Assembly (NCBI GenBank): GCA_964016885.1
Contig: OZ024742.1
Span: forward strand, 141,298,001 to 141,362,000
DNA length: 64,000 bases
Direction: 5' to 3'
DNA from: Eledone cirrhosa
Taxonomy: Eukaryota
Below the pieces are notes generated by a model, which worked only from the letters and a program-made list of their open reading frames with translations, was not told where the DNA came from and did not search any database. Shown here in pieces: positions 13,587 to 26,660 of the stretch. The first letter of the stretch is position 1. Every line of letters begins with the position of its first letter. The position numbers were made by a program, and so were the translations under genes.

Positions 13587-15252
13587 ATAATAATGATGAT
13601 TTATATATTTTTATTTATATATATTTACGGTATATACATCACACACGATGCCAGTCGTCAATCTTTTTTCCACTTATCCTGATGTAAAACTTCAATGATA
13701 ACATTACTAAACAATGATTGTATTGTTTATTTATTATATGTATATCCATCACTAATATCTAGAATACTCTATTTATATTTGAACATATCTGTATATCTAG
13801 TATAATAACAAGCCTCTAATTGCATTTATTTAAATACTTTAATGACTTTCTAGTGTTATAATCGTTAAATATTTTCTAAATATTTTCTAAACTCTCTAAG
13901 TTATATAACGATTATTATTGATAAGTATTTTAGATACTTTAATGATCTTCTAGTGTTAGAATAGTTAAATATGTTCTAAATATTTTCTAAATTTTCTATG
14001 TTATATAATGATCTTTATTTAATTTAATTTAATTAAATTTGGCTTACCTTCGGGTCAATGAAATCCTTAGGCTTTCTCTTTCTCATGTTTGCAGACACAT
14101 TATACTACTATATAAATTTATAAAGAAAATCTAGGATCGCAGACAATTCATTTTTTTACTGTGAATCGTATTTTTATCCGTATGATTCAAGAAGTTTGAC
14201 TTGTATATTTATAGTATATATGTGTTATTATTATAATAATTGATCTAAAACCTTAATTTTTAACAATATTACCAGTAACTTATTTATTATATTATATTAT
14301 GTTATGTATAAATGATAGGTATCATCTTAATCTTTACACAATATAATCTTTGTTTATATTTAGACAAATGCATATATCTAATTTAATAATAAACTTTTTT
14401 TAAAGTTTAATTATAAGGCCTTTTGATGCTTTAAGGCATTCTAATTGTTAATCTGAAATTTTAAAAAGATTTTTATTTTTATTTTTATTTTTTTAAATTA
14501 TATCATCAATATAATAATTAAATATATTAAAATAAAATTATTAAGATTTACCTTCGTGAGGATGAAAAATAGCATGTTTTCTCTCTCATATTTACAATTA
14601 GTTTAAATATGAATTCATAAAATATGATTTTATACATTAAATATGATAGTATACTTTAATATTAATACAGATATTTATAAACTTTTATAGCCTGAAGTAT
14701 TATACACTTTAATTAATTCATTACTCTGAACTAACTTAAAAGATTTGAAAGTTAACGGTCAACCGGACACATTTGGATAGTATATATAACTAATTAACTG
14801 AGGAAATTAACCCTTATTGATTACACCCAGTTATATTTAGGATTTAGATTGATGAATGTTTCTAAATAATTCAATAATTCAATGATTCGAGTATGCCCAA
14901 ATGTATAGTTGTGTATGGATATACATCCCTCCCTATAATTACAATTATTCCTCTTTGTCTCCCTTTCTTTGATCAATTTTCCTTTGCTCTCTATACCTCT
15001 TCTAGCTATATTTTCCCCTCATATGTTTTCTCTATCTCCTTTTTCCTCTTTCTTCAATTTGAATCTCTAACAGTTATGTAAATTACTGTTATGTATTTTT
15101 AAACTTTCTTACACGCACCCTCTGTATTATATGTATTATATGTAAGTTTTTTCATGTATCAATCTTAAGGTATATACATATTGAGTTTTGTCATATCTTA
15201 CTCACTACCATGACTGGATCTTAACCATCTACTATATCAGGGTATGTCATCT

Positions 15253-15319
15253 TATTTTATCTGATGAGGACGTACTGTTGAAGTTAGCTCAGTACCTCTG
15301 AAATATGTATAATAAAATA
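15253..15319 (+). ncRNA. Type I hammerhead ribozyme motif
   Basis: tattttat-CTGATGA-ggacgtactg..cagtacctct-GAAA-tatgta-TA-ataaaata: 8-bp helix I, canonical core, paired helix II, short self-complementary helix III. Confidence 0.8.
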
Positions 15320-15481
15320 TACTTGATCACAATGAAGTTCTATTTTTGTTAATATTTTGAATGAATATTAATAACTCCGGAAAACCATCACTGTTGAGTG
15401 CTTCCAATCTATTGTAAAACTAATTCTTTGATTTATTCATCGAACCTTGTTTAACCTTTAAATAAATATATATATATATAT

Positions 15482-15486
<5 letters not shown>

Positions 15487-15556
<70 letters not shown>
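15487..15556. repeat. (GA)n microsatellite preceded by (TA)n
   Basis: Seen directly. Confidence 0.97.
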
Positions 15557-15561
<5 letters not shown>

Positions 15562-15970
15562 TGCCATTTTTCTCAGATCGACATTTGTCTGACGTTGATG
15601 ATAATTTACAGCTTGGACTACTCATACGGTAATCGATATGTTAGATTCGAATAAAAGATCATCCACAATTTTCGACACACATTAAAGTTTTTAATTCTGT
15701 TTCAGACACAAGAACACAATCAAAAATACTTTTATATCGTAGCAAATACAAATTTCTTTTGCCACAAATATATTTCATTGATTGAAGTTAAATTTAATAT
15801 CCACACGCACGCGCGTACATACATCGTCTCTCATATACACTTCCACATACAGGTCATATTTATGTATGTATGTATGTACGTATGTATGCATGTATGTGTG
15901 TGTGTGTCTGCACGTGTTTTGCAATAGAAAGCGAGACTGCGTTACGTGTACGTTTATACCTCACAATTAT

Positions 15971-16150
15971 CAGTTTCTGGGTTCGATTCCCAGCACTGGT
16001 GTGTTCTTGTGCAAGATACTTTAATTAAAAGGGCCAGATTTATCACTCAATGTATCACGCCGAATCTCCCCGAGAACTACTCTAAGGGTACACGTCTATG
16101 TGGAATGCTCTCACATTTGCGCTTTAATTTCATGAATAGGCTGTTCAGTT
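15971..16150 (+). mobile_element. tRNA-derived SINE, family A (degenerate)
   Basis: B-box GGTTCGATTCC. Body (CACGCCGAATCTCCCCGAGAACTAC..GGGTACACGTC) recurs in reverse orientation near 20900 and 23850. Confidence 0.7.
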
Positions 16151-16534
16151 GTTCATCTACTTATATATATAACCAGCAATTTCTCTGTCTGTCTCTCCGA
16201 CAGTGGAAACACGTGCGCGCGTGCGAATGTTTTTTGCACACGCGTAGAGAGAGAGTGAGAGTGAAAGAAAGAGACAAACTACGAGAGGGGGATAGCGGGA
16301 GGGAGAGAGGGAGAGAGAGAGAGAGAGTGAATAGACGCTAAAACACGTGCTACAGAAATATTACCTTCCTCTTCCTTTCTCCACTTTGGTACTACCAAGA
16401 GAAACACTGTCGCTATAGAAACATTACCTTCCCCTCTCCACTGAGGCCGAGGGAATCGCTGGTTGCTATAGAGACACCTTGCACAAGCCAGAAGTAACCA
16501 GTTCGAGGCGGTTCTGACTTGACACCATGCTAAG

Positions 16535-17024
16535 TCTACTTATAATATATAATGGGCATTTCTCTGTTTGTTTGTCTGTCCGTCTGTAAAAAATGCCAAG
16601 GAAACAAATAGACGCGGTTTCAAATCTCTATGCTTTTCAAATTCATTACATTAATCATTATTTATACGTTTCGCTTTACGAGTGTTTCGACTTACGAGTG
16701 TTTCGGCTTATCATTATATATAAACGTTTCTATTTCCATCGTTTTATCGTAAACGTTTTTATATTTTCATCGTTATATCATAACGTTTATGTATCATAAC
16801 GTTTATATTTACGTCACTAATCTCTTTTTCTCCTTTTTCGTTTTAACATATATTTATTTCAAAGATTCCACCGTATAGATAACATATATATTTATACATG
16901 CATAAAAGACACACCGAGAGACGGTGAACATGTGGTGCCGAAAACATTTCTCATCCAAATCTCAACAATATATATACACTAGATATGCTAGCAGAAAACC
17001 GCCCACCGGGTGGTTTTCTGCTAG
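16535..17024 (+). mobile_element. Non-autonomous Helitron-like element
   Basis: 5' TCTACTTATAATATATAA followed by (GTTT/GTCT)n; 3' GC-rich hairpin ending CTAG|T at 17021-17025. Confidence 0.5.
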
Positions 17025-17400
17025 TCTCTCTATATAGAAAACAGAGGATGGCTGTCTGTCTGTCTGTGTAAATCCCTAAAACCCGAGAAATACCCGATCG
17101 ATTTTTTTCAAACTTTACACATGCGTTACTTATATTTCTTGAAGTGCAATGGGCTAAAATTTAACTTTTTCTGCCCTAGGGCCCGCATTAGGCGAAAAAA
17201 CCGCATTTTAAAGGCATTTTTAGGCTTTTTTGAGGCGTAACCTAAAGATAATCCAGTTGATTTCCTCGAAATTTGTAGCACACATTAGTTAGTCCCCTCG
17301 CATTGCTGTGGACAAAAAAGATTTCCGATCCTATTAATGGTTTCTAGGAAATTTGCGAATTAGCATTGGGCATTACATGCCAAATTCATTTTCAATATAA
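17025..17400 (+). mobile_element. Second Helitron-like 5' portion, directly abutting the first (right boundary uncertain)
   Basis: Starts TCTCTCTATATAGAAA, then (CTGT)n and a CCGATCGATTTTTTTCAAACTTTACAC motif of the kind seen in non-autonomous Helitrons. No 3' end identified. Confidence 0.45.
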
Positions 17401-18600
17401 ACGCTACTTAAACATAGTAAGTAGCGTATAATATTTCGTTAACAATTTGGTTTATTTAACAGAGGACACAACACTTACTTACTTTTAAGCAGGATCATTT
17501 TCGTGGGATTGAGGAAATGAGGAGGACCTTAAAACTTTGGTCTGCGCCCTGTTGACGCTTCGTGCTTTCATCACGCGCAAACCCGGGTCCTGTGTACGTT
17601 GCTGTGTTATTGACACCGTAAAACTCCCGTCTGTGCTACTTCTACTAAGACCCCTTTTGTTGCACCTACACCGTAGTATGAACGCCCTGCGCAAGTACAC
17701 CGAACAGCGGTTGTGCTAATTCTGCGGTGACCCCTTTTGTCGCACCTTTGTTGCTATGTAAACGCAGTGCAACCAGTGCCACCCAGCGTTTCTGCTAATT
17801 GTACTTCTGCTGCAGCTGCGTTTCCACGCTGATTTCGTCATCTCAGTATCCCTATTTAAACGTACATCCCTACTTGGTTTTCAGACAATTGACTACGTCG
17901 CTCCTCAATCATTCCCTGAGAATAAAGGAATTCAAAAAGTACACAGCTACATTCCTCAATCTTTGCATATGCACGTTTCCTACCCCGTCCAACGCCGGGT
18001 CCTGGTGCCAGTATATATACATATATATAAACATGTTTTTTTTTTACTATATAGAACAATTTAAGATATCTCAATAAGTGGCTATCTCTATAAAGATAGC
18101 CACTTACATTTTACCTTCTTGTCTTTCTCAGAGTTCCTGGTATTACTATTGCTACATATATTATATCCCTACTTAAACGCACATCCCTACTTGGTTTTCA
18201 CACAACTGACTACGTCGCTCCTTCAAACTGACCTGTGTTTCCCATCCGTGACGTAATACGTGAACAGACTTACGACATACATCGCTCCACAACACTTACT
18301 TACTTCTTTCGTATGCAGGATTTCCGCAATCAGCCCACTGACACTGCTACTACTGGATTCGACCTGCTGGTGTTCTACGTTTCCAGTAGATGAACAATCA
18401 TTCCCTGAGAATAAGGGAATTCAAAAAGTACACAGCTACATTCCTAATCTTTGTATATGCGTGTTGGTATTTCACGTTTCCTATTGCGTGTTGGTATTGC
18501 AACGCCGAGTCCTGCTGCTAGTATCATATAACTGGAACACTTAATCAGAACCTACCGCGGTCCAACAGAGTCGACATGTGCATTTTGTCACACACACACA

Positions 18601-19785
<1,185 letters not shown>

Positions 19786-19789
19786 TACA

Positions 19790-19848
<59 letters not shown>

Positions 19849-20821
19849 TTATATATAAATATATATATGCTTCCTCTGACTTTGTTCAAACTCCCGCAAG
19901 GTTTCAGTAAAATTAGGCTGTAACTAACTACTTCTTCTAGCAATGAATTTACTTGCCACCGGTCTACACTTCACAACATTTCCCATTTTGAATTTGTTAC
20001 TGGCGACGATCACTTTGGAAAAACTGGTCCTAACTGAGGAACTTTCTTGATAAGCTTGACGCCTCATGGATAATATGCATGTGCAGCAATCTTGCACTTT
20101 TTCCACATAGCACAAGCGAAACTGCCGGCAGTCGGAGCTAGTATACATTTATCTACCTTTCTTCATATTTATAATTCAAATTTAACTCCGTTTAATTGAT
20201 TATTTATTTAGTTAATTTCTATGGACTGAGAAGAAAAATTAGGTAAATTTTATCTGTCTATTCTTCAAACTTATAATTATATATACATATGCGCGCGCAC
20301 GCGTGTGTGTATGTTGAGTATGTGTGTATGTGTGTATGTGCAAGATAGAGAAGGAGGTGGTCAGAAACTGCGTTCATTCTTAGAGAGTGTACACATACGT
20401 CTTATCGGGGATTAAGACAATAACATCTATTAATGTATTAGATAGAATCTTCTTGATGTTTCTCCGATTATTTCTTGATCGAAGGAAGAGATCCTACCGC
20501 AAACAGTGCATTGTTAATACCTGCACACTGTCAAGGTTTCGTAGTGTAAATACTCAGCTATTGTTATTCCTTGCATCGATTTTGAAGCGAGTAAATTTCC
20601 CATAAAGTTAGCCATTATCTCACCTACAACAGTAGCCGACTGTATTGTCTCATTTAAAGCTATCGAATAAAACACAATTTTTGATGCTACTTGTCTGGAG
20701 GATACATATGTATCATTAGCCATGTCTTTTACGTTGTTAGAAATTCTCCTCTATTATAAACTTATGTTCTCTTTTTTTCTGGAGTGAAAATTCGTGCAAC
20801 AGAAACAATGTAAATATATCT

Positions 20822-21125
20822 CCATCGGTTTCATGATGAGTATTCCAGTTGTCCGATTGACGGAACAATCTGCTCATGAAATGAATGTGAAAGTGGCTGA
20901 GCATTCTGCAGACGCGTGCACCTCTGACGTAATTCTCAGGGAGATTCGGCATGATATAGTTTATGACAAGGTTAGCCATTTGAATTACTGGTATAGTTCA
21001 TCCGACGGGCTTCCAAACAGTTTCCGTTTACCCAATTTCAGTCACAAGGCTTAGGTTGATCCGAGGCTATGGTAACTGACACATAGTGGGATTGAACTCG
21101 GAACCTCGTGATTACGAAACGAATT
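20822..21125 (-). mobile_element. tRNA-derived SINE, family A
   Basis: Reverse B-box GGGATTGAACTC at ~21088. Body similar to 15971-16150 and 23765-24052. Confidence 0.7.
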
Positions 21126-21539
21126 CTTAATTTGTGTCAAGCAAACTTCTTAATGCGATGTCCACAACAAAAATTATCCATTCTTTAATTAACTCGCCTT
21201 CGATGTGTAGTTTCACTTTCTTTGCAATTGGCCCAGACATTTTATAATTAGCTTCCATTACAAGTATTTTCATAAATATTACTTTTGAAATATAGACTGC
21301 AGTTTATCTAAGGGGTTTTTTAATAATAATTTCTATCACGTCGATTATATCAACTTTAATACTTGGCAGGTATTTTTTTCGTTCGGAGACTTCTGAAGCG
21401 TGACGGGCGAATATCGCAAAGCATTTTTACGGACGTTCTAACGATTGTGTCAATACATCGATAGCTTGTCTCAACGTAGTTTCAGTGTTTTTTTGTATAC
21501 ATTATGCTTTGTCAATTAGTGTCCAAAAATTGTACTTAT

Positions 21540-22510
21540 TATAAACGGTTTGACGACACCGGATGGCAGCAGGCTACCTTATCCGTGAGATATGGTGGTC
21601 TCGATCTCAGGTCTCCTGTCTCACTTGTCCTGCTTGATTTCCTTTCGCCGATGTCCATATCAACATGGTTATCCACAACACAACTGAGCCTACTGTGATC
21701 GGGGAACTCGAGGCGGCTTACGTGACATGGAACCAGCCCGGCTTCCGCCCTGTGAACGTCCATGTCCCTTTCCCCTCCGTAGACATCTATTCCGCACCCC
21801 CAAACAAATTGGACACCATCCTTTGCAACATGATTTCAGACAGGCTGGTGCGCCGACTCGACCAGCACCGCCTGGCATGTTTCCGCTCGGCGTCCCACCC
21901 CACAGTGGTGCCTGGCTCAACGCAGTTCCATCATGTGTGACTGGCACTCAGTTGAACAGCGACTGCTGGCGCATAGGTGTTTCCCTGAGGCTCGGCCTCC
22001 GCGTCTGTGACCCTCACAAATGCCGCTGCGGTACCACTGTGGATCATTTCGGTCTTCACTCACTGTTATGCCGTTACAGTGCTGGTTTCCCCCAACGCCA
22101 TGCTGCACTCAACGAGACCATAAAGTATGGCATGGACGACACAGGCCTCATTTGTCAGTACGATCCAGGCGGCATGACAATCTTCTCGTTCCGCGGAGAC
22201 AGGCCTCTCATCTGGGATGCTACATGCAATGACACCTTCTTTAGTGGCAACCTGGAACGTTCGGCTACCAGCCCAGGCTCCAAAGAGGGCAAACTGTCCA
22301 AGTATCCGCTACTCTCTGATAGGTTTGTGGTAGACCCTAGTAGTGGAGACTTCCAGCGTTCTTGGCCCACGGACCCTATCCCTGCTCACTGCTATCGGAG
22401 CGGAGTTGGCTGCTCGCAGGTGCGAGCCCCGTGAGGTAGAATGGCTGTACCAGCGCGTCCCCATTGCCATCCTCAGGGTCAATGTATTCTCCATCCTGTC
22501 GGTCAGGATC
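21540..22510 (+). pseudogene. CRE-clade non-LTR retrotransposon 3' fragment (thumb, CCHC zinc knuckle, RLE endonuclease), frameshifted
   Basis: QATLSVRYGGLDLR, HSGAWLNAVP, LRLGL, CRCGTTVDHFGLHSLLC, RHAALN and LIWDATCNDT motifs spread across frames. Confidence 0.8.
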
Positions 22511-22674
22511 AATAAATTAGTTTGGGGTGCGGGCACTAATTCGGGCGTCATACATAGACACATATACACAAAAGAGATAAAAAATTGACCTATTGTAAGC
22601 TAAAACCGTTCTATTTACGTCTGTAAAAAAATAACTATCTGCGTATTTTGAATCTAACAATTACTCACTTTTGT

Positions 22675-22878
22675 GAGGGTAATGGATTGACAGTGTCGGT
22701 AGAGCATCAGACAACATGCTTTGTGGCATATAGTTACATCCCTTTACATTCTGGGTTCAAATCCCTCCGAGATTAGCTTTGTCTTTCTTCCTTACGAGGT
22801 CGCACTGTGGTCGATTTAATCGACTTTGCTTCCAAAACATTGTTGGCCTTGTGCCTAAAGCAGAAACCATTATTATTA
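22675..22878 (+). mobile_element. tRNA-derived SINE, family B
   Basis: Head AGGGTAATGGATTGACAGTGTCGGTAGAG, B-box GGTTCAAATCC, tail GGCCTTGTGCC..AGAAACC(ATT)n. Homologous to 60651-61083. Confidence 0.8.
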
Positions 22879-22985
22879 GCTATTGTGAAAGAGCTTTCTT
22901 TTATGCATTTTACAGAACTTAATGGTCCATAATGGTATACTTAATTCGTTACCAGATTTAACATCACCACATAGTTCTTTGGTAC

Positions 22986-23108
22986 CTTGAATGGAGTCCA
23001 TTTGGTGGCAAGCATTCGGGCCAGTTATCCATTTCGAGAATAACTTCTTCCCCCATCCTATTAGTCCCAGAGGCTATGAAAAGGGTCATGGACATTGTTC
23101 TTCTTTCT
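22986..23108 (-). CDS. Candidate internal coding exon (123 nt, phase 2-2), unknown protein
   Basis: Long T tract then CATCAG acceptor; AAG|GTAC donor. Only one open frame: ERRTMSMTLFIASGTNRMGEEVILEMDNWPECLPPNGLHS. Confidence 0.45.
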
Positions 23109-23764
23109 CTGATGAAAAAAAAAAAAAAAAAGAATGTTGCCAGCATTTAAAATTACTGCTCTTAATTTATAATGACGTATCCGTCTAGACAAAACTTAAA
23201 TTGACATTGACTACTTATCAGCAATACAAATAAAAATACCTAAGAAAATATATTTGTGGTGGTGGTGAGACATAGACTAAGAGGTAATTAACTCCAATAA
23301 AGATGTGACTATTATGTCATTAATTCGTACGTCTTAGAGATGTAATAAATTTGTTTGTACTTTACTAACTGGCCCTGTGAAAATTTAACACACTTGTTGA
23401 CAACTAAGATATAATTACTCTGGTATATATTTGTACAATCACACGTAATTTCGTTGAAGCAATTTATTGCCGATGGACGGATAGCAGAGAAGGAAAATGG
23501 AAATATTTTATTTGACCTCAACATCTAATAATTAATTATATTGCAATCATTATTCTGCTATATCAGTCCGATTATTAAATCCTTTTATAATCAGAATCAT
23601 TACACCGTCAATTATAATTATCAAAATTTTATACCATTAGTTTAATAAATTCTTATAAAAAACGTTTTTAGCAATAATTTTTCCCCATTGTTTTCCTTGC
23701 ACATTGAAGTTAACTACCTTTACAAAAACATCAATCAATTTCTTAGTCCTAGAGAATAGAATGG

Positions 23765-24052
23765 ACCTCCAGTTGTTCGATCACCGGAACAACCCATTAT
23801 GAAATTAAGGTATGTGGCTGAACATTCCACGGACGCGTGTATCCTTAACGTAATTTTCAGGGAGATTCAGCGTGACACAGTCTGTGACAAGGATGATCCT
23901 CTGAATTACATACGACGGGCTTCTAAACATTTTCCGTCTGCGCTGTTTTACTCACAACCCGTGGCTATGGTAAATAATACTTACCCAAGATGCCACGTCA
24001 TGGGATCGAACCCAGAGCCTAATGATTTGCCAAGCGAACATCTTAACCATTA
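23765..24052 (-). mobile_element. tRNA-derived SINE, family A
   Basis: Reverse B-box GGGATCGAACCC at ~24002. Body homologous to 20822-21125. Confidence 0.7.
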
Positions 24053-24929
24053 CTCTGGAGAATGCAGCATATAACTGTTCATGACTAAATACTGCTGTGG
24101 TAAGTAAATCTCTGTCGTATTAAATGTTCAACTTTGTGCTTTATTAATTGTCATTAAATAAGCTAATCTCACACGAAATTGCGTTCTTTGAAAAATAAAA
24201 AAATAAATTCGAATCAGTAGGTGTCAGTTTAACTCAAGGTATTAACGCTCGTTGTTGTCTGGCAAATGACAATTTATTGCACTAAAGCGCATGTGTTAAA
24301 TGATTACCGATTTTTAATAAAATAGATTTTGGTTAAAAGAATTACATTCTTCACCATCACCTCCTTGCTTACCACCACCACAGCCACCATTAAACAGCGT
24401 CCTCCACCTATAACCATCACCACTTTAACAGCTACTGCAATTCTCAGTATATCCCATATGTGTGTTTATGTATGTGTATGTGATTATATGTCTGCAGTGT
24501 TCCCTTTCTCCTGCTCTAACTGTTATCACTTTCCCCCACTAAATACTTGTCTCTTTTTTTTTCACTTTCCCACTCATTCAGTATATCCCATCACTTCAAC
24601 TAAACATTTAACAGTTTCACATACGCACGTACATAAGCAGAATAATATTATGGCTAGAATGTAGAAGGACATTTATATCAAATTACTAATTTAGTCTTAA
24701 GGCTGAAACCATTTTGTTCATATATTAATTTCAGAGAACTTCGTAAATGAATGGTTTCAAATTTGAATGTGGACGAAATTTTGCCAGCGGGCGAAAGCAT
24801 TTGCCTCTTATAACTCAAAAGATTCCCCAGGGGATGAAGATAAAGGAGTTGCAAGTTTTAATGCCGTTCTCTATAAATAGTATCTTTCTTATAGAATTTT
24901 AATAAAACCGCCCTCTCGGTTGTGTAGAG

Positions 24930-25494
24930 CACAGGTTCTCAACCCATTTAGGCCAAACGCCCCCTTTTGTCCCTCGAAATCACGAAACGCCACCCCCACC
25001 CCGCCACCCTATTTTTTCACTTTTTCAATATACTACTGATTTTTATATCAGTAGATTACTAAAAAATTGATTAACAATATTCCAAACATGTGTGTATTAT
25101 CTGATTATGTGTTGTATGTGGTCTTAGATGTGTGTTCTACTCGTTTCTGTTTTTTTCTTTTCTTTTTTTTATTTGTAATATTATTTATACAATAGGGAAT
25201 AAAATAGATCTACATAGTGTTAACTCGTTACGGTTGAGTCAATAATTTCAGACAAGATTCTAACTGTCTGCGCTCAAAGTGTCTTTGACGCAGTTGACTG
25301 TGGATTTTTCCATTTTTAGGATCTCAATTACCGGTTAACGTCTCAATTACAGGACATGCCTGTACACCTGCTCACAGCTGCAGACAGCATAACTTGTGAG
25401 CAGGTGTGCAGGCATGTCGCGTAATTGAGACGTTAACCGGTAATTGAGATCCTAAAAAATGGAAAAACCCATATGCCCCCGTTGAGAACCTTTG
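24930..25494. mobile_element. Non-autonomous hAT element (MITE) with 8-bp TSD
   Basis: TIRs CACAGGTTCTCAAC / GTTGAGAACCTTTG; identical flanking GTGTAGAG at 24922-24929 and 25495-25502. Confidence 0.88.
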
Positions 25495-25902
25495 GTGTAG
25501 AGGATCTCCATAACGATGTATAAATTCCCCCAGATATGTATGTCAGGCTTATTGCGTATGCATTTGGCGAATGCTCTATTAATATTCAAATGTATAAATG
25601 CATTCAAAGTCAGTAGCACTATTTTTCATTTTTATCCTTGAGGGATCTGTCCTTTCTTCAGATGGCATTATATATTGTTTTAGAGGCTGCTTATGATTTT
25701 GAATATCGGAATGAAGTAATTGCTTTGCTGCTGTGGCTATTCTATATGTGTGTGTGTGTACAGAGGCAAAATAGAAAGTGTGTTACACTTCATCTTTTCC
25801 CAGCGAAGTTTCTAATTAAACAAAACTATCTGTAAGTCTGCCTGTACCCCTCACTCTCTCTTTCACTTGCATTGTTTCTGCTTTCTGCTTTCTGCATATT
25901 AC

Positions 25903-25994
25903 CGAAGTTCATTATTGTGGTTCTTTCTTGTAGCTGCTACTTGGAGTACAAGGAGTTGTAACCATTTGTGTTTCTTGAAATATTGTTGGTTCAT
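25903..25994 (-). CDS. Candidate first coding exon, phase-compatible with 22986-23108
   Basis: TTATCTTGCAG acceptor (exon starts 26007), ATG at 25994, MNQQYFKKHKWLQLLVLQVAATRKNHNNEL, then CG|GTAATA donor (phase 2). Confidence 0.35.
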
Positions 25995-26194
25995 CTAGAA
26001 TTCTGCTCTGCAAGATAACGAAAATATTGTATACATATAAAATGTTGCTTACAACATTGATCTTTACCCACTTTTTAAAATAACAACAACTGCCTGACTA
26101 TTTTGCTTGTATGTTATTTAAAAATAGAATTGGGACAAAATTCTTGTCATATGAAATGCCCTGTCGTTCCTTCACCCAGGAGCAGCCACTCTGC

Positions 26195-26660
26195 TGTCCC
26201 AAGAGCTATCTCACTACAACATCACACTGGCGGGACTCTGCAAGATACGCTGACCTGGCAGCGGCGAATTCATCGCGGGGGACCACTGCCTCATTTGGAG
26301 GGGCCCCGAGGACCGGACGGGCCACTGGCGTGGCACTGGCCATGCCCAAGCCCGTCCGCAAGTCGCTCATCAGCTGGAATCCGGTGAGCGACCGTTTGCT
26401 GTCCGCCCGTTTCTCCACCGGCATGGAAAGATGACTATCGTCGTTACCTGTATCTCTACAGACATTGCAGGGGACGCTTTTAAGGACGACTACTTCGACC
26501 CGCTCCACCCCATGACATCACGATCATCCTGACGGACGCCAATGCTACCATCTCTTCTTTTGTCAAGTTCTGTCCAACCGACTCAGCCCATTCGCACAAC
26601 TTTCGTTGACCCATCCACTAATGATAACGGCGATCGCTTGCTGCTCCTGTGCCACTACAT
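26195..26660 (+). pseudogene. LINE (RTE-like) APE endonuclease fragment, degenerate
   Basis: ELSHYNITLAGL, TGVALAM, LISWNPVSDRLLSARF and TNDNGDRLL motifs, with stops and frameshifts. Confidence 0.75.

Noticed and set aside
557-13687. Giant ORFs (up to 3189 aa) of SRPYCQSLALTANLSPLLPI repeats
   Set aside because: The 20-bp unit has no stop in any + frame, so all three frames give the same peptide. Starts and stops come from sporadic SNP variants, and there is no unique domain.
19924-20723. Short minus-strand ORFs as further exons
   Set aside because: No convincing acceptor in a compatible phase and no recognisable motif.
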